Shown: positions 10,284 to 23,432 of the stretch, piece by piece
Layout of the letters: every line of letters begins with the position of its first letter
How positions within the stretch are numbered: the first letter of the stretch is position 1
From: Bryobacteraceae bacterium
Lineage (GTDB): Bacteria > Acidobacteriota > Terriglobia > Bryobacterales > Bryobacteraceae
DNA: 64,000 nt
Direction of reading: 5' to 3'
NCBI GenBank assembly: GCA_049969655.1
Contig: JBMFOK010000002.1
Span: forward strand, 112,891-176,890
Made by a program: the position numbers and the translations under genes
Notes under the pieces: generated by a model
Database searches by the model: none
Told to the model about the DNA's origin: nothing
What the model saw: only the letters and a program-made list of their open reading frames with translations

Positions 10284-11072
10284 TCACGCGCCCGCCGTCC
10301 GCACCGGCGCTGCCGGCAGCGCGTCCCACAGGTGGCGGTCCGTGCCGTTCATGAACGCCGTATAGGCGGCCGCCACTTCCCCGTAGGGCGCGTCCATCAC
10401 CGCGCGGCCGTGGTGCAGCCACAGCGCGCGGCTGCACAGCGTTTCGAGCATCGCTGAAACGTGGGACACGCAGACCAGCGTGCACCCTCTCTCGCGCATC
10501 TCCATCAGCCGGCGGTGACATTTCTTCTGGAACGCCGCGTCGCCCACGGCCAGGATCTCGTCGATCAGCAGCACGTCGCATTCGGTGTGCGTCGCCACCG
10601 CAAATGCCAGCCGCAGCACCATGCCGCTCGAGTATGTCCGCAGCGGCTGGTCCATGTATCCCTGAAGCTCGGCAAAGTCGACGATCGCCTCGGCCCGCTC
10701 TTTCACCTCCGCGCGCGTCATCCCCAGAATCGCCGCATACAGCCGCAGGTTTTCCCATCCGGTCAGGTCCGGGTGGAAGCCGGAGCCGAGCTCCATCAGC
10801 GTGCTGACCCGGCCGTCGATGCGGACGCTGCCCTCGTCCGGCTCGAGCAGCCCGGCGAGCACCGCCAGCAGCGTGCTCTTACCCGCGCCGTTGGCCCCGA
10901 CGATGGCGAGACCCTCACCGCGTCCGGCGCGCAGGCTCACCTCGTGCAACGCATAGAAACCCTCCTGATGCCTGCCGGCCAGCCGGTCCTGGAGATACTG
11001 CCGCAGCAGCTTGCGGTTGCCCCGCGGACGGTAAATCACGCTGACATTTTCGGCCCGGATCGCTTCCTGCAT
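10284..11072 (-). CDS. ABC transporter ATP-binding protein, polysaccharide/teichoic-acid exporter type (Wzt/TagH-like, short form)
   Basis: Start MQEAIRAENVSVIY at 11072 overlaps the permease stop (ATGA). Walker A GANGAGKST, signature YSSGM, Walker B LLIDE. Confidence 0.85.
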   Translation of the reverse strand: MQEAIRAENVSVIYRPRGNRKLLRQYLQDRLAGRHQEGFYALHEVSLRAGRGEGLAIVGANGAGKSTLLAVLAGLLEPDEGSVRIDGRVSTLMELGSGFHPDLTGWENLRLYAAILGMTRAEVKERAEAIVDFAELQGYMDQPLRTYSSGMVLRLAFAVATHTECDVLLIDEILAVGDAAFQKKCHRRLMEMRERGCTLVCVSHVSAMLETLCSRALWLHHGRAVMDAPYGEVAAAYTAFMNGTDRHLWDALPAAPVRTAGA

Positions 11073-11833
11073 CACAGATACCGGTAAAACCGCCTGCGCA
11101 GACGCGAGAAAATCCACGCGCCCGCGGCCAGAAATACGCACGCCACCAGCGTCATCTTCCACAACAGGCTCGCCGGCGGCGAGCGGTGGCCCAGGATCAC
11201 GTGCTGCGTGGCCAGCACCAGCGCGGCCACCGGATTGAACTCGTACAGACCGCGGAAATCCTGCGGCACCATCGCGAAGCTGTAAAAAATCGGCACCAGC
11301 CAGAACAGCACCAGGTTGACGGACTCGACCACGTAGCGCACGTCCCGCAGCACCACGTACAGGCTGGAAGTCGCCAGGCCGAGCCCGTAAATGAAAATCA
11401 GCTCCAGGCCCCAGATCACCGGCAGCCACGCGTAGTGCCAGGTCACCGGCAGCCGGTACCAGGCGACCAGCGCGACAATCAGCGTCAACTGAATCAGCAG
11501 GTGGATCGTGTTCGACAGCACCGCGACCAGCGGCAGCAGCGCCGCCGGCATCCGCACCCGCTTCACCAGCGCAGGATTCTCATTCACCGACGTCGTCGCG
11601 GTGACCCACGCCAGCGTGAAAAAATTGTACGGGATCAGCCCGCACAGCACGTAGAGCGGATAATGCGGGATCTGGCTGCGGAAAATTTTCGTGAAAACGA
11701 ACGTCAGCAGCACGACCATCGTCAGCGGATTCAGCAGCGCCCAGAACACGCCGAGCGACATGTTCCGGTAGCGGATCCGGAAATCCCTGAGGATCAGCTC
11801 GCTGACAACGAAACCGAGATTGGATCGCCTCAT
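11072..11833 (-). CDS. ABC-2 type transporter permease (Wzm/TagG-like)
   Basis: Start MRRSNLGFVVSELILRDFRIRYRNMSLGVFWALLNP, the typical ABC-2 N-terminal motif, followed by six hydrophobic segments. Confidence 0.8.
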   Translation of the reverse strand: MRRSNLGFVVSELILRDFRIRYRNMSLGVFWALLNPLTMVVLLTFVFTKIFRSQIPHYPLYVLCGLIPYNFFTLAWVTATTSVNENPALVKRVRMPAALLPLVAVLSNTIHLLIQLTLIVALVAWYRLPVTWHYAWLPVIWGLELIFIYGLGLATSSLYVVLRDVRYVVESVNLVLFWLVPIFYSFAMVPQDFRGLYEFNPVAALVLATQHVILGHRSPPASLLWKMTLVACVFLAAGAWIFSRLRRRFYRYL

Positions 11834-12131
11834 CCCAGCCTGCCGCGTGTTCTCACCGGCGTCCGCCCGCCACACACCGCCGAACCCAATCATCTTATCA
11901 GGCAGGTCACGCCGCCCTGCCGTGCGGCGCACGCCGCGGCTGCGGGCAAAGCTGAGCCCCCCATGTCGGTCCCGCCAGCCCGGGCAAAATTACGAAACGA
12001 ACCGGAAAACTTATAAGTCATTATTGCTCATATGCTTAAAAGGGCCCGGGAGGCGGGCTGCCGGCGGCGCGCCCGCCCTGCCGCAGTTGTCCGCCCGGCG
12101 CGGCCTCGGATATGCTCAAGGTACTTAGACC

Positions 12132-13700
12132 ATGAAACGCATCACCCATCTCTCGTTTGCTCTCCTTGCCATAACCATCCTGCTGCCGGCCCAGGAGAAG
12201 GTCGATCTCGAGGCAGTTTACCGGATCAAGCAGGAGGCATTCCAGAACTCCCGAGTCATGGACACGCTCTTCCAGCTCACCGATGTCCATGGCCCGCGTC
12301 TGGCCGGTTCGCCCCGCTACCGCGCCGGCGCCGAATGGGTGGTCAAGCAGCTCAGGGAGTGGGGCATCACCGAAGTGCGCCTCGAGCCCTGGGGCGAGTT
12401 CGGCCGCGGCTGGGAGAACAAAAAGTTCTACGCCGCAATGACCGAGCCCGCCTACATGCCGCTGATCGGCGCGCCGCAGGCGTGGACGTCGTCCACCGAC
12501 GGGCTCGTCACCGGCGAACCCGTCCTTGCGACGATCCGCGAGGAGGCCGACCTCGCCAAGTGGAAGGGCAAACTGGAAGGCAAGATCGTCCTCGTCGATC
12601 AGCCCCGCGACATCACCCTTCATGACCGCCCGGACAATCACCGCTACACCGAGCAGGAACTCGCGGACCTGATGCAGGCCCAGATCCTGCCCTTCGGCCG
12701 CCGCATGCAGACGCCCGGGCAGCCGCCGCAGAATTTCATGCAGATGATGGCGTTCCGGCGCAAGCTGAACGAGTTCCTGCGCGAGGAAAAGGTGGCGCTG
12801 CTCATCCAGAACGGCCGCGCCGATTTCGGAACGTTTTTCACGTCGAATGGCGGCTCGCGCAATCCGAAGGACCAGCCCGCCCCGCCCACCATTGTCCTCA
12901 CCGCGGAGCACTACAACCGCATCTGGCGCCTGCTGGACCGCAAGATCCCGGTGCGCATCGAGGCCGAGGTCCGCAACGAGTGGTACGACACGGCGGACAA
13001 CAATTTCAACATCATTGCGGAAATTCCCGGCCTGGGCAAGCACAAGGACGAGCTCGTCATGCTCGGCGCTCATTTCGACACCTGGCACGCCGGCACGGGC
13101 GCGACGGACAACTCGGCCGGCTCGGCCGTCATGCTTGAGGTGATGCGCATCCTGAAGAAGCTCGATCTGCGGCTCGACCGCACCGTCCGGCTGGCGCTGT
13201 GGGACGGCGAAGAACAGGGGCTGCTCGGTTCGCGTGGCTACGTGACGAAACACTTCGCCGACCGCGCCACGATGAAAACCCTGCCCGAATACGAGAAATT
13301 CAGCGCCTATTTCAACGTCGACAACGGCGGCGGGCGCATCCGCGGCATTTATCTCCAGGGCAACGAAATGTGCCGTCCGATTTTCGAGGCCTGGTTCGCG
13401 CCGCTGCGCGATCTCGGCGTCACCACCATCTCGATCCGCAACACCGGCGGCACGGACCACCTGAGCTTCGACGCCGTCGGGCTGCCCGGCTTCCAGTTCA
13501 TCCAGGACCCGCTTGAATATGACACGCGGACGCATCACACCAACATGGACGTCTACGACCGCATCCCGCGCGAGGACATGATGCAGATGTCGGCCGTGGT
13601 CGCCACGCTGGTGGTTCACACCGCCAACCGCGACGAGAAGCTGCCCCGCAAGCCGCGCCCTGAACCGCGGCCGCAGCAGGGGCCGCCATCGACGTTCTGA
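12132..13700 (+). CDS. Secreted M28-family metallopeptidase (aminopeptidase)
   Basis: Signal peptide. GAHFDTWHAGTGATDNSAGSAV..., LWDGEEQGLLGS and ...GGTDHLSF motifs of M28 zinc peptidases. Confidence 0.8.
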   Translation: MKRITHLSFALLAITILLPAQEKVDLEAVYRIKQEAFQNSRVMDTLFQLTDVHGPRLAGSPRYRAGAEWVVKQLREWGITEVRLEPWGEFGRGWENKKFYAAMTEPAYMPLIGAPQAWTSSTDGLVTGEPVLATIREEADLAKWKGKLEGKIVLVDQPRDITLHDRPDNHRYTEQELADLMQAQILPFGRRMQTPGQPPQNFMQMMAFRRKLNEFLREEKVALLIQNGRADFGTFFTSNGGSRNPKDQPAPPTIVLTAEHYNRIWRLLDRKIPVRIEAEVRNEWYDTADNNFNIIAEIPGLGKHKDELVMLGAHFDTWHAGTGATDNSAGSAVMLEVMRILKKLDLRLDRTVRLALWDGEEQGLLGSRGYVTKHFADRATMKTLPEYEKFSAYFNVDNGGGRIRGIYLQGNEMCRPIFEAWFAPLRDLGVTTISIRNTGGTDHLSFDAVGLPGFQFIQDPLEYDTRTHHTNMDVYDRIPREDMMQMSAVVATLVVHTANRDEKLPRKPRPEPRPQQGPPSTF

Positions 13701-13708
13701 ATTCGCGC

Positions 13709-15376
13709 TCATCGAAGAAGCGCGTCCACGGCCGCCCGCGTGATCGGGTGATAGCCGGGACGCGCTTTTTCGTAAATGCGGCGCGCGCGCTCGCGCCCTG
13801 CCGGCGTCTTCACCAGTTCCGCATAGAGCGGCTTCACGTATTTCCGCCGGCCCACCTCGATCAGGAACTTCTCGAGCCGCGGGTAAGCCGGCTCGTAGCC
13901 GTTGCGCACCGCCATCAGCAGCCACTGCGCGGCGATCTCGCTGTTGCCGGTTTCGGTGAGTTTCCACTCGCGGTCGATGGCGGCCATCTGTTCGCGAGGC
14001 ATCTTTTCCGGCAGCGAACGGAGCCAGTGCAGCCATTCCTGCGTCGCCCAGCCGTCGCGCGGGGTCTTTTCGAACTCGTAGCGCGGGCGCGGGGCATCGG
14101 CGGGCAGGCCGGGCTGGTAGAGCCATGCGCTCACGTCGTCCTCCGGGAAGGCGCGATGGAGCTCGGCGACAAAGTCGGCGGTGGTGATCGACTGGAAGGC
14201 GAAGCGGCCGAAGTAGCCGCGCAGCCACGCATCCCACCGCGCGCGGCCGTGCTTTTCCTCCAGATGCCGCAGCAGCAGCGCGCCCTTCACATACGGCACC
14301 TGCGTCATGCCCTCGTCCGGATCCCTGCCTTTGAGGTCGAGCACGAGCTTCTGGTCGGCGGGCGGCAACTGTCTCAGTTCGTCTTCGAGCTCTCCCACTT
14401 CGACGGCCATCTCCATCTCGCTGCGGGCGCGGCCGTAGAGCGCCTCCTGGATGCGGCGCTCGATGTAGGTGGTAAAGCCCTCATTCAGCCAGAAGTCGTT
14501 CCAGGTGGCGTTGGTGACGAGATTGCCGGACCAGGAGTGAGCCAGCTCATGAGCGACCAGCGAGACGAGGCTGCGGTCGCCGGCGATGACCGTGGGCGTG
14601 GCGAAGGTGAGGCACGGGTTTTCCATGCCGCCGAAGGGGAACGAGGGCGGCAGCACGAGCAGGTCGTAGCGACCCCAGCGGTAGGGCCCATAGAGCGCCT
14701 CGGCGGCCTCGACCATCTTTTCGACGTCCGCAAACTCCCAGGCGGCGCGTTCGAGCATGGGCGGCTCGGCCCAGACGCCGGTGCGCGTTCCCAGCGGGCG
14801 GAAGTCGAGCTCGCCCACGGCCAGCGCCATCAGGTAGGGGGGCACGGGCAGCGGCATGTGGAAGTGGCCGTCGCGGACGCGGTGCGCGGCCACCAGCGCC
14901 CGCAGCGGCACCGGGGCGTGAATCCGCGCCGAAAAGGTCACGCGCACGGCGGGCGAGTCCTGCAACGGAATCCAGCTCCGGGCATGAATGGCCTGCGACT
15001 GCGAATAGAGGAACGGGTGGCGCCTGCCGGCCGTCTGCGCGGGCTCGAGCCATTGCAGGCCGCTGGCCTCGGGCGAGGTTTCGTATTCGATGCGCACGCT
15101 GCGCTCGCCGGGGGCGAGCTCGATTTCGAGCGGCGCGCCGAGGATCGGGTCTTCGGCGCCCAGCCGGAAATTGTCCGTGCGGCCGTTCACGCGGTGAATG
15201 GTGAGCGCGCGCGTGTCCACGACGAGGCGGCGCCCGGCGGGCTCGAGCACGAGCGTCGCGGCGCCGCGCAGGCGGCGCTCGGAAAACGACACGGCGAGAT
15301 CGAGCTCGACGTGGCGCACGCGGGTCTCATGGAAATTCGCGAAAGAATGAACGTCGGTGACGGCCACAAGAGCCAT
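13709..15376 (-). CDS. M1-family aminopeptidase, leukotriene-A4-hydrolase-like
   Basis: GMENPCLTF exopeptidase motif and HELAHSWSGNLVTNATWNDFWLNEGFTTY (HExxH-x18-E). Start MALVAVTDVHSFANF at 15376 fits the family N-terminus. Confidence 0.85.
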   Translation of the reverse strand: MALVAVTDVHSFANFHETRVRHVELDLAVSFSERRLRGAATLVLEPAGRRLVVDTRALTIHRVNGRTDNFRLGAEDPILGAPLEIELAPGERSVRIEYETSPEASGLQWLEPAQTAGRRHPFLYSQSQAIHARSWIPLQDSPAVRVTFSARIHAPVPLRALVAAHRVRDGHFHMPLPVPPYLMALAVGELDFRPLGTRTGVWAEPPMLERAAWEFADVEKMVEAAEALYGPYRWGRYDLLVLPPSFPFGGMENPCLTFATPTVIAGDRSLVSLVAHELAHSWSGNLVTNATWNDFWLNEGFTTYIERRIQEALYGRARSEMEMAVEVGELEDELRQLPPADQKLVLDLKGRDPDEGMTQVPYVKGALLLRHLEEKHGRARWDAWLRGYFGRFAFQSITTADFVAELHRAFPEDDVSAWLYQPGLPADAPRPRYEFEKTPRDGWATQEWLHWLRSLPEKMPREQMAAIDREWKLTETGNSEIAAQWLLMAVRNGYEPAYPRLEKFLIEVGRRKYVKPLYAELVKTPAGRERARRIYEKARPGYHPITRAAVDALLR

Positions 15377-15431
15377 CGTAGCCGAGGCGGCGCGCGCGGG
15401 GCCGGCCGGGGTTGTGCTAAGTTCCTGCATC

Positions 15432-16523
15432 ATGGAGCCAAAAAGCACGGGCAGGCTGGTTTCGCTGGACGTTTTCCGCGGCTTCACCATCGCCTCGATG
15501 ATCCTGGTGAACAATCCCGGCTCGTCGCCGGCGTATGCGCAGCTTGAGCACGCGGTATGGCACGGGTGGACGTTCACCGACACGGTGTTCCCGTTCTTCC
15601 TGTGGATTGTGGGCGTGGCGATGACGCTGTCCACGGCGCGGCGGATGGAGCGGGGCCAGTCCCGCGCGGATCTGCTGCGCCACGCCTTTCAGCGCGCGGT
15701 CATTCTGTTTTTGATCGGCGTCTTTGTGATGGCGCTGCCCGATATCGATCTCGCCACCATCCGCATCCCCGGCGTGCTGCAACGGATTGCGGTCTGCTAT
15801 CTGATCGCCTTCCTGATCTTCCTGCACACCGGAGTGCGCGGGCAGATCCTCTGGCTGCTGGGATTCAACGCCGCCTATCTGGCGCTGATGTGGTTCTATC
15901 CGACGCCCGGATGCGGGGCGGGCTCGTGGTCGATGGACTGCAACTTCGCGCGCTACTTTGATTCCCTGTTTTTGAAAGGGCACATGTGGCGGCACACGCG
16001 GGACTGGGATCCGGAGGGCATCGTGAGCACGCTGCCGGCGATCTCCACGGTGCTGTTCGGGGCGCTGGCCGGCCATGTTCTTCGCCACTTCTCCTGGCAC
16101 GGGGCGCGGCTTCAGGCATTCCTCTTCGGCGGCTCGGCGCTGGTTGCCGCCGGACAGGTGATGTCCATCTGGATCCCGATCAACAAGAACCTGTGGACGC
16201 CGTCGTTTGCCTTCTTCATGGCTGGGCTGGCGATGCTCGCCTTTGCGCTGTGGTACTGGCTGGTGGAGGTGCGCGGGCTGGGGCGCTGGTTCCGGTTCTT
16301 TGAGATCTACGGCTCGAACGCGATTCTTGTGTACGTGCTGTCGGACGTGCTGGCGACAGCGGCCGACCGGACGGGCCTGCACGAGTGGTGGTATGAGAAC
16401 GTCTGCCGGGCCCTGGCCGCCGAGCCGAAGAACGCGAGCCTGCTGTACGCGCTGACGAACGTGGGCGTGCTGTGGCTGGTGGCGTGGGCGCTGTGGCGCA
16501 GGCGCTGGTTTGTCAGGATCTGA
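15432..16523 (+). CDS. Heparan-alpha-glucosaminide N-acetyltransferase-like membrane acyltransferase (DUF1624/DUF5009 type)
   Basis: Start MEPKSTGRLVSLDVFRGFTIASMILVNNPG, the characteristic R..SLDVFRG motif. Polytopic membrane protein. Confidence 0.7.
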   Translation: MEPKSTGRLVSLDVFRGFTIASMILVNNPGSSPAYAQLEHAVWHGWTFTDTVFPFFLWIVGVAMTLSTARRMERGQSRADLLRHAFQRAVILFLIGVFVMALPDIDLATIRIPGVLQRIAVCYLIAFLIFLHTGVRGQILWLLGFNAAYLALMWFYPTPGCGAGSWSMDCNFARYFDSLFLKGHMWRHTRDWDPEGIVSTLPAISTVLFGALAGHVLRHFSWHGARLQAFLFGGSALVAAGQVMSIWIPINKNLWTPSFAFFMAGLAMLAFALWYWLVEVRGLGRWFRFFEIYGSNAILVYVLSDVLATAADRTGLHEWWYENVCRALAAEPKNASLLYALTNVGVLWLVAWALWRRRWFVRI

Positions 16524-17499
16524 GGCCGCCGCGGCGGGCCGCGGCGAGCGTTTCCGCCATGCGGAAGGCGGCGGCGAAGCTGGCGGGCGAGGCCAGGCCG
16601 CGGCCGGCGATGTCGAAGGCGGTGCCGTGGTCGACGCTCGTGCGGATGATGGGCAGGCCGAGCGTGACGTTGACGCCGCCTTCGAAGTCGAGCAGCTTGA
16701 GCGGAATGTGGCCCTGGTCGTGGTACATGCAGACGACGGCGTCATAGCGGCCGCGCCGCACGGCGAGATGGAAAACCGTGTCTGGCGGCAGCGGGCCTTC
16801 CACCGGCCAGCCGCGGGCGCGGGCCCGTTCGACGGCGGGGGCGATCACGCGGATCTCCTCATCGCCGAAGGCGCCGCCTTCGCCGGCGTGCGGGTTCAGC
16901 CCGGCCACGGCGATGCGCGCCGCGGGCTTCAGCCGGAGCACAGCCTCGCAGGTGAGCTCGAGAATGCGGTCCAGCCGCGCGGGCGTGACGCGCGCAATGG
17001 CCTCGCGCAGCGAGCAGTGGGTGCTCACGTGCGTCACCATGAGCTGCTCGCTGGCAAGCAGGATGGTCACGTCCTGCGCGCCGCAGAGTTGGCCGAGCAG
17101 CTCGGTGTGGCCGGTGAAGCGCGGATCGCTCAACTGAATGGCCTGCTTGTTGACGGGCAGCGTGACCACGGCGTCGATGGCGCCGGCCAGCGCCGCCTGC
17201 GCCGCGCGCACGACGGCTTCGCGCGCGGCCCGGCCGGCGGCGGCGCTGAGCACGCCCGGCTGGACGTCGCCTTCCGAGAGCATCTTCAGGTCGATGACGC
17301 AGAGCTCCGTGCCGCAGGCCTCTTCCGGCGCGGAGATGCCGCGCAGGGGAACGCCGTAGCCGAGCCGCGCATTGTAATGGCGCAGCGCAGCCGCCTCGCC
17401 ATAGAGAGCAAAGGCGCGCGGCACCAGGCCGTCCCGCCACGCCTTGAGGACAATCTCCGGCCCGACGCCGTTGGCGTCGCCCATCGTCACGCCGATCAT
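16513..17499 (-). CDS. pdxA: 4-hydroxythreonine-4-phosphate dehydrogenase
   Basis: MIGVTMGDANGVGPEIVLKAW..., TGHTELL, AVAGLNPHAGEGG and HGTAFDIAG motifs. Its 3' end overlaps the convergent gene by 11 nt. Confidence 0.85.
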   Translation of the reverse strand: MIGVTMGDANGVGPEIVLKAWRDGLVPRAFALYGEAAALRHYNARLGYGVPLRGISAPEEACGTELCVIDLKMLSEGDVQPGVLSAAAGRAAREAVVRAAQAALAGAIDAVVTLPVNKQAIQLSDPRFTGHTELLGQLCGAQDVTILLASEQLMVTHVSTHCSLREAIARVTPARLDRILELTCEAVLRLKPAARIAVAGLNPHAGEGGAFGDEEIRVIAPAVERARARGWPVEGPLPPDTVFHLAVRRGRYDAVVCMYHDQGHIPLKLLDFEGGVNVTLGLPIIRTSVDHGTAFDIAGRGLASPASFAAAFRMAETLAAARRGGLRS

Positions 17500-17524
17500 T
17501 GCGTCTCCCCTTCCATCGGGCAGA

Positions 17525-18601
17525 TCACCTGCGGCCCGCGCGGAGCTGTTTTTCGATGCGACCGAGCATCGCTTCGCGCTCGCCGGCGGCCCAGGCGCGT
17601 TCAAGCTCTTCCCTGTTGATGCCCGCCAGCGACCCCAGCAGCAGGTAGGCGGGCAGGGCGTGCGGCAGATGCCGCCAGCGCGCCATTTCGACAAGAGCGG
17701 GCAGGGCGCGCTCGCGGATCTGCGCGGCCGCCGCTTCGTCGCCATGTTCGAGATACATCTGAAGGACTTCAGCGGCTTCGAGCCGGTCGCTGAGCGCCGT
17801 CGAGTTCAGCATCTCGATGAACCATGTGGGCTGGACGCGAAGGCCGCTCGAGCTGTTGGTCAGGGCCAGGTAGGCGATGGCCTTGAGAGCGCGGGCCGCG
17901 TTGCGGCGGACGGCAGGCTCGGGGTCACGCAGGGCGAGCTGGAGCGGACCGGCGGCTTCGGCCTTTTCGGGGACGTATCCGGCGACCCAGGCGGCGACGG
18001 CGCGCACGTCGGGGTCGGCCGCTTCGGTAGCGGCGCGCAACAACAGCCCCGCATGGAGCTGGGCGAGCGCCTCCAGCCGCTGCTGGGCGACGCGGCAGGC
18101 GATGTTTTCCATCAGCGAGTGGCCGCGCGAGAGATCCTCACGCAGGTCGCCTTCGGCGGTGGCGCGCGCGAGCGCGGCAGCGAAGTCCGCGTAGGCGGAC
18201 ACAACTTCTTCCGGCAGCGTGATCGATTCGTCGGACGGCGCGGGCCGGGTTTCAAAGCGTGGGCCGCCGCGTTCCTCGATGCCGACGTAGAGAACGGCGC
18301 GGCCCTGCTCGCAGCACCAGGCCTCAAGCTGCGCGCGCAGGACGCCGTCGATGGCCTCGATGCGCTCTTCGGCGCCGGCCTTGGACCGGGGCAGTTCGTC
18401 GCCCGGGGCGACGCCAAGGGCCTTGAGGATGCGGGCGGGAGGCGTGCGACGGGCGCCGTAGATCTCGATGACGCCGATGCGCGGCTGGGCGAAGACCGCC
18501 CAGGCGATGGCCGCCAGTGCTACAGTGCGGAAGAGAATCTTCACCAATGCCGTCCGATTTCCGGCGCCGGAGCGCCTGCTTCCATTGTCCCTCCGCGGCA
18601 T
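17525..18601 (-). CDS. Membrane-anchored protein with POTRA-like N-domain and HEAT/armadillo-like repeats
   Basis: TM segment ALVKILFRTVALAAIAWAVFA. IGVIEIYGARRTPPARILKALGVAPGDEL resembles a POTRA start. Later DPDVRAVAAW... and LRDPEPAVRRNAARALKAIA are HEAT-like. The start at 18601 is tentative. Confidence 0.5.
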   Translation of the reverse strand: MPRRDNGSRRSGAGNRTALVKILFRTVALAAIAWAVFAQPRIGVIEIYGARRTPPARILKALGVAPGDELPRSKAGAEERIEAIDGVLRAQLEAWCCEQGRAVLYVGIEERGGPRFETRPAPSDESITLPEEVVSAYADFAAALARATAEGDLREDLSRGHSLMENIACRVAQQRLEALAQLHAGLLLRAATEAADPDVRAVAAWVAGYVPEKAEAAGPLQLALRDPEPAVRRNAARALKAIAYLALTNSSSGLRVQPTWFIEMLNSTALSDRLEAAEVLQMYLEHGDEAAAAQIRERALPALVEMARWRHLPHALPAYLLLGSLAGINREELERAWAAGEREAMLGRIEKQLRAGRR

Positions 18602-18753
18602 GGGTGAAATCGTGCAGCCTGGAAGGGCGCAACCAGTGTTTCTGCGGAGAGTGGGGCAGATGCCCCAGTCATTAGAGGAGCTAATACAATGAACGAGAGA
18701 AGGAAATGTCCCTGAATCAGCACATCGGGAGTCGTTTGCCCGAATTCGGGGGG

Positions 18754-18770
18754 TTGGCAACTGGCGTGCA
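18754..18770 (+). promoter_or_regulatory. Sigma-54-like -24/-12 element upstream of PFOR (tentative)
   Basis: TTGGCAA-CTGGC-GTGCA. The GG (18756-57) and GC (18768-69) have the spacing of the TGGCAC-N5-TTGC consensus. The implied 5' UTR is only about 10 nt. Confidence 0.25.
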
Positions 18771-18791
18771 ACGTGCAAAGGCGAGATCCCT

Positions 18792-22391
<3,600 letters not shown>

Positions 22392-22394
22392 GTC

Positions 22395-23408
22395 ATGGCC
22401 ATTGATCTGACGACCACGTATCTGGGGCTTCAGCTCCGTTCGCCGCTGGTGGCCTCCTCGTCGCCGCTGTGCAAGGATATCGGCAACATTCTGCGGCTGG
22501 AGGACGCCGGGGCCAGCGCGATTGTGCTGCACTCGCTGTTCGAGGAGCAGATCCAGCTGGAGAGCGGCGAACTGGACCGCTTCCTGTCGGAGTCGGCCGA
22601 GTCCTACGCCGAGGCTTCGACCTACTTTCCGGAGCTGACGACGTACAACTTTGGCCCCGAGCCCTACCTGGAGCATCTGCGCAAGGCGAAGGAGAGCGTG
22701 GACGTGCCGGTGATCGGGAGCCTGAACGGGATCTCGACGGGCGGCTGGATCCGCTATGCGCAGATGATGGAACAGGCGGGCGCCGACGCGCTGGAGCTGA
22801 ACATTTACTTCCTCCCGACGGACCTGGAGCTGACGGCGCAAAAGATCGAAGACACCTACTGCGACCTGGTGAGCCACGTGAAGGCGAGCGTGCGGATCCC
22901 GGTGTCCGTGAAGCTGGGCCCGTTCTTCACCGCCTTCGGCAACTTTGCCATGCGGCTGGACGCGGCGGGCGCGGACGGGCTGGTGCTGTTCAACCGGTTC
23001 TACCAGCCTGACTTCGACATCGAGAACCTGGAGGTGGTGCCGAACCTGGTGCTGAGCGACAGCGACGAGCTGCGGCTGCGGCTGCACTGGGTGGCGCTGC
23101 TGTACAACCGGATCCGGCCGGACCTGGCGATCACGGGCGGCGTGCACACGGCCGAGGACGTGGTGAAGGGCATCATGGCCGGGGCGCGCTGCACGATGAT
23201 GACGTCGGCGCTGCTGCGGCATGGAATTCCGTATCTGGAGAAGGTGGAAGAGGACCTGATCGACTGGATGGAGGAGCACGAGTACGAGTCGATCAGCCAG
23301 ATGCGGGGCTCGATGAGCGCGCAGTCGGTGGCCGAGCCGGCGGCGTTCGAGCGCGCCAACTACATGAAAGTCCTTTCGAGCTACACGCTGAAGCCCGCCA
23401 CGCGCTAG
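22395..23408 (+). CDS. Dihydroorotate-dehydrogenase-like TIM-barrel protein (not the pyrimidine pyrD context)
   Basis: 337 aa. [16 protein letters not shown]..., ELNIYFLP and VKLGPFF are DHOD-family blocks. Starts 3 nt after the PFOR stop. Confidence 0.75.
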   Translation: MAIDLTTTYLGLQLRSPLVASSSPLCKDIGNILRLEDAGASAIVLHSLFEEQIQLESGELDRFLSESAESYAEASTYFPELTTYNFGPEPYLEHLRKAKESVDVPVIGSLNGISTGGWIRYAQMMEQAGADALELNIYFLPTDLELTAQKIEDTYCDLVSHVKASVRIPVSVKLGPFFTAFGNFAMRLDAAGADGLVLFNRFYQPDFDIENLEVVPNLVLSDSDELRLRLHWVALLYNRIRPDLAITGGVHTAEDVVKGIMAGARCTMMTSALLRHGIPYLEKVEEDLIDWMEEHEYESISQMRGSMSAQSVAEPAAFERANYMKVLSSYTLKPATR

Positions 23409-23432
23409 CTGCCGCATTTCGGCGGGGATCTC

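Noticed and set aside
12036-15547. Long antisense ORFs 12036..14237 (-) and 13748..15547 (+)
   Set aside because: They lie opposite the M28 and M1 peptidase genes, which carry diagnostic metal-binding motifs. The translations are Arg/Gly/Ala-rich with no recognisable domains.
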